Positions 1 through 12,900 of a stretch of DNA of 64,000 bases are shown piece after piece (within the stretch, counting starts at the first letter, position 1; each line of letters opens with the position of its first letter). The notes below the pieces were generated by a model. It was not told the DNA's origin. It did no database searches and saw only the letters and a list, made by a program, of their open reading frames with translations. This DNA comes from Catajapyx aquilonaris (taxonomy: Eukaryota), in contig JYFJ02001620.1 of NCBI GenBank assembly GCA_000934665.2, forward strand, positions 1-64,000, written 5' to 3'. Both the position numbers and the translations under genes were made by a program.

Positions 1-3000
1 GACATAGCGAAATGAAACAACCGCTAGTATGCGGTTGGGTGGCCATAAGCTCGTCTGACGACCTCGCCGCGAGGTAGAGAAAATTTCGGTAAGGGTTGGG
101 GGAAAAAAATTCTACGTGAGATCTCTGTTGGGAACGAGGCTTATCGTAAATTTATGCATTTTAACAGCTGGTGGGTTTGTAAAGCAGACAACTGATACAA
201 CGTGTATACTGATGTATGATCGAAAGTATAAGGGTTGAAGAAAAGAATAGCCGAATGGGATCAATAGGCTAGTATAGTTAAGTAGAGTTTTCAAGGAATA
301 TAATGGATCAATATGCATAGGGAATAATGGTTATAACGGCTCTTCTTACATTAGCATTATTATATACTGTAGAAGGGTGTTTTACAGTAGTCCATAACCT
401 TATTCGCCGCTTGAAATAAGCACCTCTAGGTGATAGGCCTACTACAGTTTTTTTGTGCAAAAATATGCGCTAATTTTACTGCATAGCGTGACGCTCTTTT
501 TCTCCCTTCAAGTGAATAAAAAGTATACGAAAACAGCCTATTATAATGCACAATTTGCCGTAAACCTGCAACAGAACCGGTATACTTCATGCATACTGCA
601 GTCGTTCGTACATAAAAATGAAGTCATAACAATTGCGCCATCAAGAAAGTTTTATTACACCCTATAACTTTCGCCAAGGTAATAATTTGTAGCAGTTTAA
701 ACCTCCCGACACGTGACAAAATTGAGTGAGACAATCAGGTGCGACAATTAAAAGGAGCGTCTGTAATTTTTTGATATTGCACAGCACGTAGATGCATGTC
801 CTTCAAGGGCATCAGGGAGAAATAGCAGGGGGAAAAAGTTATAGTAAAAATGATGTGAAATTACACTAGTCCCTCCCCTACCTCTCGGTACAACCCTCCC
901 TTCCTCCCACCCCCACCTTCCTCCTCCCCTTGCACCTGTTCCATACTCTGCACATTCACATGCCAGGATACATCATCAGAAAGCCTTCACGTGCAGAAGC
1001 AGCCAGATACTACTCCACGATCACTTCGTATAATATACCCACAGTTTTTGAATATTTCTTTCCTTCAAAAGCCAGTTACTTGTGATAATGACATTCCAAG
1101 CACCATTGTGATTTTGAGCTGCTATCGAAGTGGAGGCTGATACAAGCCAGCTTTTGTTTCCCGTGGCTCATTTATGTGCGGTTGCTTCCGGCTGAAGGTT
1201 GTGGGACTTGTGTCTTTGCAAAAGTTGAAGGTGAGTTTTACTGAGAGCGCATGTGTGCATCAGTGCAACCATGGTATTTCCTGGATTAATTAAGACTGAC
1301 AACTGACGATAACAAAATAGGACGTAAATTCTCGTGGTCGTTAATTAGTTCAGCTTCACTAGTTACACAGTCATGGGTTGGTACAAATCATGCACCGATT
1401 TAGAGGCACTCGTACTTGCAGAGCGGAAATAACTTGATGGAAAAATAACAATAATCCGGCATGCCCGATTTAGCCATTTGTTGCAGATGACGTGAAGCAA
1501 CAAGTTGCATGTGAAATTGCATAAAAAGTTCAATTTTGAGAGCTGGAATGTGACGTAAAAACTCCTGAAGTGTACATCCTCTTACTTCGAGCTAATGGAT
1601 AACTAGGTACAGGGCACAGCAGCCAATTCCTCTTTTTTTTTGCATACAGATTATACACGGGCAATCCGTTTGAATGAAAGTACATTGCACAAATACATCA
1701 GATAGGTCCTGATTCCAACGACCATAACCTAGCGTATAACCTGTAGGGTTATATGGAGTGTGTAACGGTGGTGTATTGGGAATTGGGGCATGTATACAGT
1801 GAGCGTGGGAATTTACCGGAGTCTCAAGAGAGCAATGCAGCACGCACCTGGAGGGGACAAAATACTTCCGGACACCTGCATACAAACTTGTTAGAGTTTT
1901 TTTTTTAATATACAGAAGAATATGGTTCTAAGTTCTGCAACCGAATTTTTGTCTGGAAATTATGAGGCAAATAATTATTTATGTCTTTCAATCCTTCCTA
2001 TTCGGCAAAATATTATTTACCATCACTACATGCATAATACTAATTTTTAACAAATATTTTGTTCCATATAGAAATTCTGACAATTATTAAATTCACATTA
2101 TATTACTTCATTAATGGCGTTATGAATTATTATTTTTGTTTTCAACATGTCGTTGACGAACAAGTGAACAATATGGTCATGTAAACACTTTTTTTTGTAA
2201 TAGGTCTAATACTAAGAGAGCTGACGTGACGTTTGCGCGTTATTTTTACCAGCTCGTCGATCGCGTGTTCAAGTGTACCGAGAGCTTTTCATTATGTAGG
2301 TACTGTATTTCACATGTATAACTGAAATTGCATATTGGACTAGTTGCAGGACAAGTATAGGCTATAATTGGAGAAACATGCGAATTAGAGTGTTTTCACA
2401 AACAAGTTTCCCAGTGTCCTTTAGATGTCACTGATATTAAGGTCGACTTAATTTACCTAGTCTCGCTGAATCAAAATTATTTATTCTTGACGCACTGTAT
2501 ATTGTTGACTTTGAATACCCCCCAGTTTCCAAAGCCAGTGCATGCTTTATTCATCACGAACATTAACACGATCAAGAGAATCGTCGAAGAGAAAAGGTCC
2601 TGAATTCAATTGACTGGCAAACACATTATTCATAAACTATACAGCCTGTTATTTTGCATCCACCTGTCCAATCACCATCTTATGTTCTGAAAATAACAAG
2701 ACCAGACGAACATTGCTATCTACAGTATATCTACATGGTTAATATACGCACATTTTATACACCGGCCTCTGATGAAAGGCATAAAAAAGAGCACATGTTC
2801 GTCTCTGCCTGCACAGGAAAAATATCTGGCTTCCACTTCCCATACATATGCAAATTGAGTATTTGTGCAACTAGACTATACGGTAAAGTCTGGTTTCCAG
2901 CACACTGTATCATTATAGTGCTGTATAACATTATGAAAAAAAAACATGCAAGTGAAAGTTATCCCCCGGCTCTCTAAGGTTGCCGTCAAGTCAAGAGGTT

Positions 3001-5165
3001 GATGAAGAGCGGCAAAAGGCCTTCTATCACGTGTGCACAAGTCATCTTTTAGGGACACAGACGCCTCCTTGCGCATGCAAGGAATATTTTATAAGAATGC
3101 GACTCTGTATATACTGTGTATGTCATCTTCGTGATATTCAATTAGGCAACATGTGTGCATCAGCAGGTTAATTTTCTCCCCCATTAATGTACCTGGTGGG
3201 ACATAAAAGTACAGATGCGGTTGTAACGGTTTAATTATAAGTACAGTAGAATGGATGCGTCCAGACAAGGAGAAAGCACTGATGATATTTTCGGGGCCAA
3301 AGACCTGCGATGGGAAATTCAGGACTCGTGCACACAGCAGACTTATATGATGGGCCGCAATAAAACTTCCTATGCGTCATGACCGAGTAAAGTAAAAAAA
3401 AGAAAAATTAAAAGAAGGGCAGGAGGCCTATATTTTTGGCTATAGGACAATCCCTTCACCTACCTCTTAACGTGTCACACTTACACATCAGGAGAATCCA
3501 TTTATCAAACCGTGACTCCCCAGAGAATATCTGCCTGATTGTGTAACAATTGAGACATTACGAGCAGATCCATTGTGAGTGATTATCAGCCATCTCACAT
3601 TGTCCGACTTTATTTGTAATTTACTGACATTCTCGCAACTCCTATTGTCATATACCAGATTCATTAGCGTCGACTCTGTTCATGCTGACAGTGTGGTGCA
3701 CTACTCATCTCTCAATAGTCTAATTAGTGGAAAATAAACTATAAATGGTCAATAGGTGTTGATATGCTGCAGACAAAACGGAAGGAAAGTGTGTGCGTAG
3801 GAGTTTCTTCAAAAAGAGACCTCTTGACACCGTGAAAGTGAAGAGCGTCAATTTCCCACATGCTGAAGACTCTTCTTCCTTATCTAAGGAATCGTCCTCA
3901 TAACACGACCGTGCCATTCGTCTTGTTCCATCCAGACGGAATTACACAACTCACTTAACAGCCTAAAGGCATTTAAAAATGCAACGTGTCGTTGTTCTGA
4001 TGTGTATCTTCCGGACTTTGCTTTCTAAACACGACAGGTGTTGGTGTCAAAAAAGTAAGTGTCCTGTCCTCCTCCGTGTTTTGGTATAGAGTGTGATTGG
4101 GGAGGATATGACCCATTTATTTACGCCATGGTAAATGAGGATCGGCTTGGTTGCATCCACTCCTGATGGGGCTGCTGTACTTCCAGAACATCCTCTATTA
4201 ACTGTACCCACTTGTGGTAGGCGGACTGCAACTGTCTTTTGGTTCACATAACGGATCTCTTCCTCTTTGACCGAGTGCCTTTTTGCAGTCAACTTCTGTG
4301 TACCTTTCTGGGGGAGTCACACACGCACACACAAACTTAGAGGGGGCTGACTTCATCACGTGTTATTTAAGTATACGGGATCCAGATTCGTATACTGGGA
4401 AATGCACATGGTCGGCCATGAAGAACTAATTTGGAACATTGCCAATTATGTTGGTTTCTTCCCATTCCGTTTCGGTTAAAACGGTGCAAATTCTTAGCCG
4501 GAGAATCGACACACATTATGCAAAACCTATGTATTTTCCGTGACTTCCCATGAACACATTTTGGTAGCGTCTAAACCAGTGTCCCAGTTTTTATGTATAT
4601 ATATTTTGGTCGCGCATGATAGGCGTGAGAATCGAAAGCTTTACCATATAACTTATAGCTTTAAAATAACAAAAATTTAGGGCAGATCATTCAACTCGGG
4701 TAGTTGTAGTTTCCACATTAAATTTGTTTATGACTTGTTTGTGATATGTTTTCCAACAGATGGACCTGTTTATTATGTTGATATGTTACAATATTCGAGC
4801 CATATTTTATGTTGCAATTCGGTCTGTGAATACTGCATGTGCATATCTTGCTATAGGCTGGAGTCATACCCAGATTCACTTTGGTTGGGGAGTCGATAGG
4901 TTGTGTGTGACCTATATACCAGGTACTTCAGAATGTGAAGTATGATTACCTTTCTGCATTACTGACCCATATTTTTGTGATTTTGATATTTTCCAGTTGA
5001 TTGGCAACCTAGCTCCATCAACTAAATTTTGACAACTAGTCAATCCACAAATCTTCGACAAGGTATGTTGTTCTTTCGGTTTCTGCATTGACCCGTGCAA
5101 GGACATGCGATAAGTGTACATTTCGTTTATCAGGAGCTGTGGTCATTAGTGTGTGCAACCTGCGT

Positions 5166-6930
5166 ATGGAATCGTCTCTTCGGGCCATGGAAGGCATAGT
5201 TCTGGGCATGGGTCTGACCAGGATTATCCTGGTGACCGCAGTGGCCTTACTCAACCTCAGCTCCCTGCTCCGACACAGGCCAGCGTGTCTTCACTCTCTG
5301 GTAAACGAGGCTGTCCTCCTCTGCAACGTTGTCTACCTCTGTTCCTGGCTGCCCTTCCTGCTCTACTCCTTCTTCAACGGGCGATGGGTCATCCTGGACG
5401 ACCACAGCTACTGCCACATGCAGAACTTTGTCACCAACACCATCTCCATGGTATTCCTGGGCCTCCTGACGCTCCTGGTTATGGAGCACACCAGGATGAG
5501 GATACTGAGAGACGCCAGCATCTTGACCCCTAAGAAGTCAGCTGCCATGGTCCTCGCAATGTGGATCTTGCCACAGCTACTCTATGATTTCGCCACAATC
5601 CTGGGAGGTCAACCGAGGTGTCGGACGTCCCTCTTCCGCTTCCTAGACGACATCATGCCCTTCTCAGAAGGCGGAGAAGCCGCTCCCAGGCACAAGTACC
5701 GCATAGGTAAGAAATTTTATTCTCATGTATATACTATGTGCACACTTTTTACCCACCGAGTGCTCTGCTCACTCCCACTTGTGATGTCATGTGCGACATG
5801 TGCTCATGTTTGCATGTAATCAGAGCAAGGTCATACGAAGAATTGTACGTGTGTGCAATAAAAATACCACAATTTTTTTTTTCTGTGGTTTCCAGGTTTC
5901 ATGATTTGCGAGCAGGTCTTGACCAAGGAAGCGGTTGTGGAGCACATCTGGAAGTACGTGATGGTGGTTTTGCCATTTTTTGCACTGGTGCTCGTCTGCG
6001 GAGTCATGCGTGTCTTCTGGGGATGCGCCAGAAGGACTCAGCCGCTGTCAGTCTCCGCAGGAGACGTCGTTGGACACGAAGGCACGTCTTATAAGTATAT
6101 TCGCCTAAAATCTAACAATGAAGTGAACAAATGCAGTGGAAGGGTCATCAAAAAAATTAATGTATTGTTTCATCAAGCGCAATTAATAAGGTTTTGAGAT
6201 ATACAAAACTGGCTTGTAAATTGTATGCAAACATTTGGCATTGGTGACTTTTTAATTAAGCAGATTTATTGGCAGAAAAAAATAGCTGCAGTACGTCTAA
6301 TATTAGGCTGAAGTGAAAGCACTTTCCTTATAAGGTAACGTACATAAATTGCAGGAAAAACAGGTAAAAACGGAGCAATTTCGGGCCACGTGCATGTAGG
6401 CATCACCACCGCAATTATTCACTTTGGCAAAAATAAATTGCTTCTTTGTTTATGGTACGAAACAAAGTTTCTAACCAGTTTGTCACCCCTTTGCAGACCG
6501 GCTGATGAGGTCAATCTTGAAGGCCTCCTCAGGCTGCAAGCATTACCAGAACCAGAGATACATGTGCACCGATGCTGTGGGGCTAGTCCTTATCGTGAAC
6601 CTGGTATGGCAGCTTGTCTTGCGTCCCTGCTTCATTTACATGCTGTGGGTTCATCCGACACTTGGAAGTGCACAGGTGAAGTGTCCTGATTTTTTCCTTA
6701 TGGCTTCATATATAAAAGCGAAAAGATGCAATCAACTTATCTCATTTCCATTTCAGCTGTATGGATACATGGACTTTGGGAGCCATCTGGTCCTTACGAT
6801 CTCGACTGTTTTCGTGCCTCTCTCTTCCGCAGTCAACTCCGGAAATCCAAGAGATGAAGAGAAAGTGTTTCTAATGAAAGTGACGGACTTTGAAGACGAT
6901 GCTAAAGATTATCAAAAACACAAGTATTGA
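5166..6930 (+). CDS. Divergent orphan rhodopsin-family (class A)-like 7TM receptor, ~359 aa, 4 coding exons (5166-5706, 5896-~6081, 6497-6675, 6757-6930)
   Basis: Spliced ORF gives about seven hydrophobic segments, an ECL1 'GRWVILDDHSYC' (W...C3.25 pattern), TM4 Trp 'AMWILP', an ECL2 Cys 'MICEQ' and TM5 'VLPFF'. DRY is replaced by EHT and NPxxY by VPLSS. Splice sites are GT-AG except the exon-2 donor, which is uncertain. Confidence 0.7.
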
Positions 6931-7141
6931 AAAATGTAAGTTGTCGTTTACTTACAGGGAGAGAAAAATACGGTACACAACGTGGGTGTATGCTCTCAAA
7001 AGTAAATTCTTGTATATAAAAATAGAGTGACTGTACACGCCTATATTAGGCATGTGTGTTATACGCAAATATCACAGTTTATTTTTTTTTGTGCTTTTAT
7101 GTTATCTTGTGCCGATAATAACTGGAATGGTTCAATGCATC

Positions 7142-7638
7142 TCATGCAAGGAGCTGCAAAAGCTTCCGTTGATCCAAGGTGCTGCAATAAATTATATTTT
7201 ATTAGATCGACTTACACAAATAATTATTCGGGTAAGTAGCATGCGAAATAGTTTGCAGATTACCAGGCGTACCAGGTAGTATACTCCTCATCATTTAGAT
7301 TTTCCATGAGAATCTTCTTAACATTTTCAGGAGGATTAAGTCCCAAATTAGCTGCTCTTTCCCATCTTTCCATCCGAGATATGTTCATGCAAGGTCCGAA
7401 TTCGCAATCAAAGTCAAATTCCTTCAGCTGCGCCAACTCATTTTGCCGCTTATTTGCTTTCACAGTCCGGGCAGCTACAAATAATAACAATAATAAACCT
7501 TGTGATAAACGAGTTCAGTAATGATGTAATGAGGAATGTAATATAATTATAATTACCTTTTCTGGCACTGCGGGCTTCTTGATCCTTGGAAGGCTTGAAA
7601 AAGCGCGTGATTTGAGTTTGATTTCCTTCTGCAGACAT
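7142..7638 (-). CDS. POLD4: DNA polymerase delta subunit 4 (p12)
   Basis: Exon ~7557-7638 gives MSAEGNQTQITRFFK (PIP-box QxxIxxFF). Exon ~7266-7476 gives LKEFDFDCEFGPCMNISRMERWERAANLGLNPP, the diagnostic p12 motif. The last exon (CTLDQRKLLQLLA*) is less certain. Confidence 0.88.
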
Positions 7639-9904
7639 TTTGGGGCCCAATGCCTTCGGATCCCCTGCTTCTACGATGCAACTCTGCAGGCAGCCATTGA
7701 TTTCTACATGTGTGTGTGACGTCTCGACGCCAAGGTTGGAATTGCGAAAATGTTGCAAATATTCGCGCACACTCCATCTTTGCAAAACTGTTGACAGTTT
7801 TGTTGTTACCATTATTTATAGTATCTATCAGTACATTGATTGTGATTCAATTATGTTTAACATACATGTTGTATATTTTTGCAATAATTATTTTCGCCAG
7901 AATATTTTTGCTGTAGTACCAAGCATTTAGCCTTGGATAGAATGAGTTTGTGCCATAGCCACATCGTGCAAGTGGCAGTTGTGATGCCATGGTTTGTGGA
8001 TACGTGGCGACAACTGCAGCCCACTAGCGGAACTTGCTCAACATTTTTTTTTCCTTTCCTTCAAGGACCGGCCTTTTCATATTGCACGCGATAAAATTTT
8101 ATCATGGTTTATTGCTGTTAAAAGTTCCATTCATACAATCATGTCCTTATGAATATTTTCAAATTGCATGTCTATAGCAGTAATACTGCAAAAAGAAAAA
8201 CGGCGAATGAGTTTTCTCATAAAATTTATACGTTATTTTTATAGCCAACTACCCCACACGCCTTAATATTATGGGTGTGTTGCACAGTTGAAGATAGACC
8301 GTGACAATACTTGCTTATCTGTGTCCTACAAATGCTAAACTCTCGGCGGGCCACGTCTACAGCATTCGGGTATTCAACTGAGTATTTCGGAGAAACGAAC
8401 TCATTATGTAAACAATATACTGCTGACAGGGAATTAACCAGAAATTAATTACAAGGAGAAACATGCTATTTTAGACATACTGAGTTCGGTGCCACTGACC
8501 TTGTCTGTGAATAACATTTTTTATTTAGTTTTGGTTCTGTTAAGCATTGCTAGCGCTTTTGACAACAATGCAGTAAGTCAATGTTAGTATGCTGCGATGT
8601 CGTCTGTGATATAGTGCAGAAAATGTTATTTATAATGCAATAAAAGTTAATAAAAAGCAGTCGCCTTATTTAATTGGGAGTAACATTTCCGGCGTTTTGG
8701 ATCAGGTGACTGTTGAATTATTGATCTAATTTTAACATGGCAGAAATTAGATATACGTATACTGTATAATTATATAGTTCTCATGATTATCTGCATAATG
8801 AGATTGAGCCAGATGGCGTAGTTGCAGATTCCAAGGACTCTACTGCACACTGCTCAACGAGGACATCAGTAGGCCTATCTATAGAAGAGGCTCGTAATCA
8901 TACAAACTCGTAAAATATGTAGATTCCTTGAATCTTTGAATCAGCAGGAAGTCATTATCGCCTGTTGACGTGATGGTGACAGGAAGCAGACAACCAGGCA
9001 AGTCCTATAGGTAACCCACAGACGACACGGGACACAACCTACCCTATACGTATATGACCAGGCCATAGGTCACGGTCAGTAACATGTCAGCAAAACAGAC
9101 TACTCTGGACAATAAAGAGGCTGCAAAGACGTCTATGCTCCACTTGATAGGTACGTAGCCTAGGTAATAGAGATAAGAGTTTGTGCATAGTGAAATGATA
9201 TCTTTTGGGTAAAGTAAATGGGGCACAATTTCTAATATTATGGCGCGGGAAAGCTTCTGGATGAAATGTCAAAGGTGTTTGGCGTTATTAACCTACTTTT
9301 CAGTATATATCGTACCGGTAAGCTCTTTGATCCTCCACAATATTAACACTGTAATGAAGTTCGTATCGAATGCAATTCCCGCTCGTAAATAAATATTAGC
9401 TTATTAATTCTATGGTTTTACGAGCTTATAATCATTATGTGCAGTGTTCCTTCTCTTAAAGGGCATAATGACTTAAGTGATGCAATAATTGGCCTTGTTT
9501 ATCATGCTCTGTGAATTTTGTTACGTTTTAACCCAATAGCGTGACATTTGTGCCATTAGGTATGCCCTTGGCTTTGAATGGTTCATTCAAGGTCCAGCAA
9601 AGCACTCACGTGACCATACCTTTCGTTTGCGGACCACATGTAGCATTGTGCAGTAATCAAACATAATTGCACAGATTATAGTAACATTCACCTTGTGGAA
9701 GCCTTGATTGCACGTATAACTCTGCAAGTTATAATTACTGAATAACACAATAACTATTCAATGGTGTACAGTGTACTCAATGTATATTAAAAAAAGAGAT
9801 GAAAGAGAGACTGGGCGAGAAAATATTTCTCTTATTTATTACACAATAATAATACTTTCATATTGATGGCATTCTCGTCGAAAAGTAAACATTCGCATTT
9901 AGAA

Positions 9905-12900
9905 TCACCGCATCCAACATTGCACACAAATTAAAGTGATCAACAATATAAAATCTGAGCTGATTTGATTACTTTTGCTTTCACATGCACTCATTTTTTC
10001 AGCCATACTAAAATACGGGTCGGTGTCTTCAGTATGGTTCATTAAATTGGTCCAGTTTTGAGGTAGGTATCGGAACTTCTCATTAGTTGGCAGGGAGTTC
10101 TGAAAAAAAATGTAAATAGTATGATTTCAGTTCACACTAAATAAATTATCCAAAGACACTCACGTCCACTATTAAATTAGGTTTCCCTTCGTACGACGCG
10201 AAGAACTTGAACGAACTCCACGACGACATCTCGAACTTGAACCCAATCTCGAACAGCGCAAGACTAAAGTTGTCCAATTCGTATTGTTTCCTGTTCTTAG
10301 CAGCCACAACCACCTTCGAGTTCGGTTTAACTCCCCAGTTGCAATGGAAATACTCTTTGATCTCCTTCACTCCTGATCCATCACCACAGACCAGTTGATA
10401 ATCATTTTCGCTCATATTTAATCCTGAAAGGCCTAAAAATATTATGCCATTAATTTTAGTTGAATCTATAGTTGGGTTCACATGTCTGCCTAACCTCCTG
10501 GTGGCTTGAAAAACAGCTCCAGTCCTTCATTCGGAGCCACAAAGGCCACATCTCCTAGTCCTGAGCTTAGACACTTGTAAGCTTCTCCTTCGGTCCATAT
10601 CCCCTCCCAGTGTTTCCTCTCGGGACACATTACGTTGTTGCCTGCACATAAATATTTAATCAAAATCTCACCGTCACGACATAACAAGTGGTGGAGAATC
10701 ACGAGCTTCTGTTTTAATTAAATGGAAATACCGTGTTTGCAGGCGTCGCAGAGGCTATTTGGGTTTCCCCATCGCGTGTCGTTTGTCGCCAACTGGTTGC
10801 CATAAACGCAACTTGCCGAGAAAAATTCGCGAAGGCTAGATTCGAAGGTGCAACTATCTCGGCTAATTAACCCCTTCTCCTTCAACAGATGTACAGGTAT
10901 ATTCCAAGCTAAAAATAGAAAGCGGTTCATAAATTATTATAATACGTACAGCGGAGCATCACATATTTTTTTTATATATCGAAGGGGTACTTACCAAGGT
11001 CGTTTCCAGCGTTTATCGCGTGACATGACTTTTTGCCCTTCAAATCTTCCAACTTCTCAATGCCAGATCCGCGCCGCACCAAAGCAACAACAACGTCCAA
11101 GTCAGTGCCCCCGTAGTAACTCTCTGCCAGAATCGGTATCAGCTCTTCATTCCTGATCGAAAAAATGGGGATCAGTCACAGATATATCAGATATATTTTT
11201 ATCAGCTCTTCACTTCTAAAACATTTGGTGGGACATTACACAGCGTTTTTTTCGCAATTTTTCAAGGTGCGAGTATGCACTAGACTTTTATTGAAGCACA
11301 CCATAGGAGCAATTTTTCAGAATCTTTATCAGCTCTTCACTACTGTGAGAAAATATTAGGGGTCTACTTTAGAGGCAAATTATTTTCCTGTATTTTTCAT
11401 GATCGGTATCAACAAACTCCCACAAAAAAATGGTGTATACTTTTAGAGCGAATTTTTACTATTTTTTGGAGGTTGTGTTGCGAACCTGTCTATTTCAAAT
11501 GCCAAGGCCGGATCGGCGAGGGTGACATCAGCACGTCCATCTCTTACATCGCGGAGGCAGCTGACTGAAGATTCTCCTTGGACACATTCCAGTTTGGGAC
11601 GGATCCACCAGGACCAGGAAGCCTGCTTCAATGTCTCGCATTTTCGCATTTCTTCACCGCCATGGACGCATATCTTCATTCGAGGCTCGGTCTCGCACAA
11701 TGGCCTGTCTATGCTGGGCCCATAATGAGCTGAGAAAAATATGATTGATAAATTATGCGGGATATTTAATGAAAGAGGCAGGCTTAGTTTAATACCTGGC
11801 TTCAAGTGCTCAGAGACAGGCCTCGGGGGCTGCATAACCACGCCTATGCCTCCAGCAATGTTGCTGCCGAATATGTCATACATGGCGATGCTGACCCTTG
11901 GATCCTTGTAAGGGTACTGGAACAGGTCGTCCAGCTGCTGCTGAAGCTCATCCAAAGAGTCACTGTTTCAGAAAAGAAAAATCAGAAATTACGGATTTTT
12001 TCACCTCTAACAATAAGGGTAACGAAAAAGACTAACTTTTACCTGCTCTTTTAATTTCTATAGCATAAGGCCTTTTAAAATCAGAGATAGCATTGCTATC
12101 TGCTAGACACATTCCAAAAATAATAAAAAATGCAGGGAAAAATTTATGTCATAGCTACAATAGTAAATGCTTCCAACATCCTGCTTCTCTTTACAATGGT
12201 TGTTGGAATGCTGGGGTTAACACCCTATTACATTCTCTCCATGCCTCCTTTTGAACTGAGGACTTGAGCAGTGCATTATCCTGAATAAATGTTTGTAAAT
12301 ATTTTGGCATTCGATTTTTGGGGAGGATCCAGGTCTATGGTTTTTATTACGTGTAAACTGCAGAAGAAGGCTCCTAAGGCGACTCACTGAGCAAGCAAGG
12401 AAATTATTAAGTCAGCTGTCAATATAAAAATTATCTCCGGGCAATTTGCAGATTTAAACAAAAAATCAAGTCGTAACTTTTCTTTGTACAACTTGCTTCC
12501 ATTATTATTTGCCAGTAAGCAGCGTTACCTTCCTAGTGCGTTTCTGGCGACAAATCCGCCCCAGGGCGAACCGCCCCAGATACAAAAGGACGGCACCTTC
12601 TTGACATTGAGCTGCATTTTCCTCCCATTGGGACACATGAAGCTGAACGTTGATCTTGCACTTTTCCTTCCTTCTTCGTCCTGGGAAAAGAAGTGCAGAA
12701 AAAAGGACGCGGTGTTAAATTTATCAGGGATTGCTTTACACTTGGCGCCGTTATTCGGCCAGACGACACCCACATCATATCTAATCTGCAGTGAGTCAAT
12801 GGTCGTCACGGCCATGTCTCCTTCAAATTCAAGGCATCGGATGTCGCCAAATGTGCCTGCATGGGCGTCCAGTTTGCCGCAATCTGAGTTGTAACATAAG

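Noticed and set aside
1..5000. Short ORFs and isolated splice-donor-like sites (e.g. ~90, ~1231, 3770-3903, 4047-4292)
   Set aside because: No coherent gene model or recognisable domain; may be UTR exons or decayed repeats.
5166..6930. Opsin identity for the 7TM gene
   Set aside because: No TM7 Schiff-base Lys and no opsin motifs.
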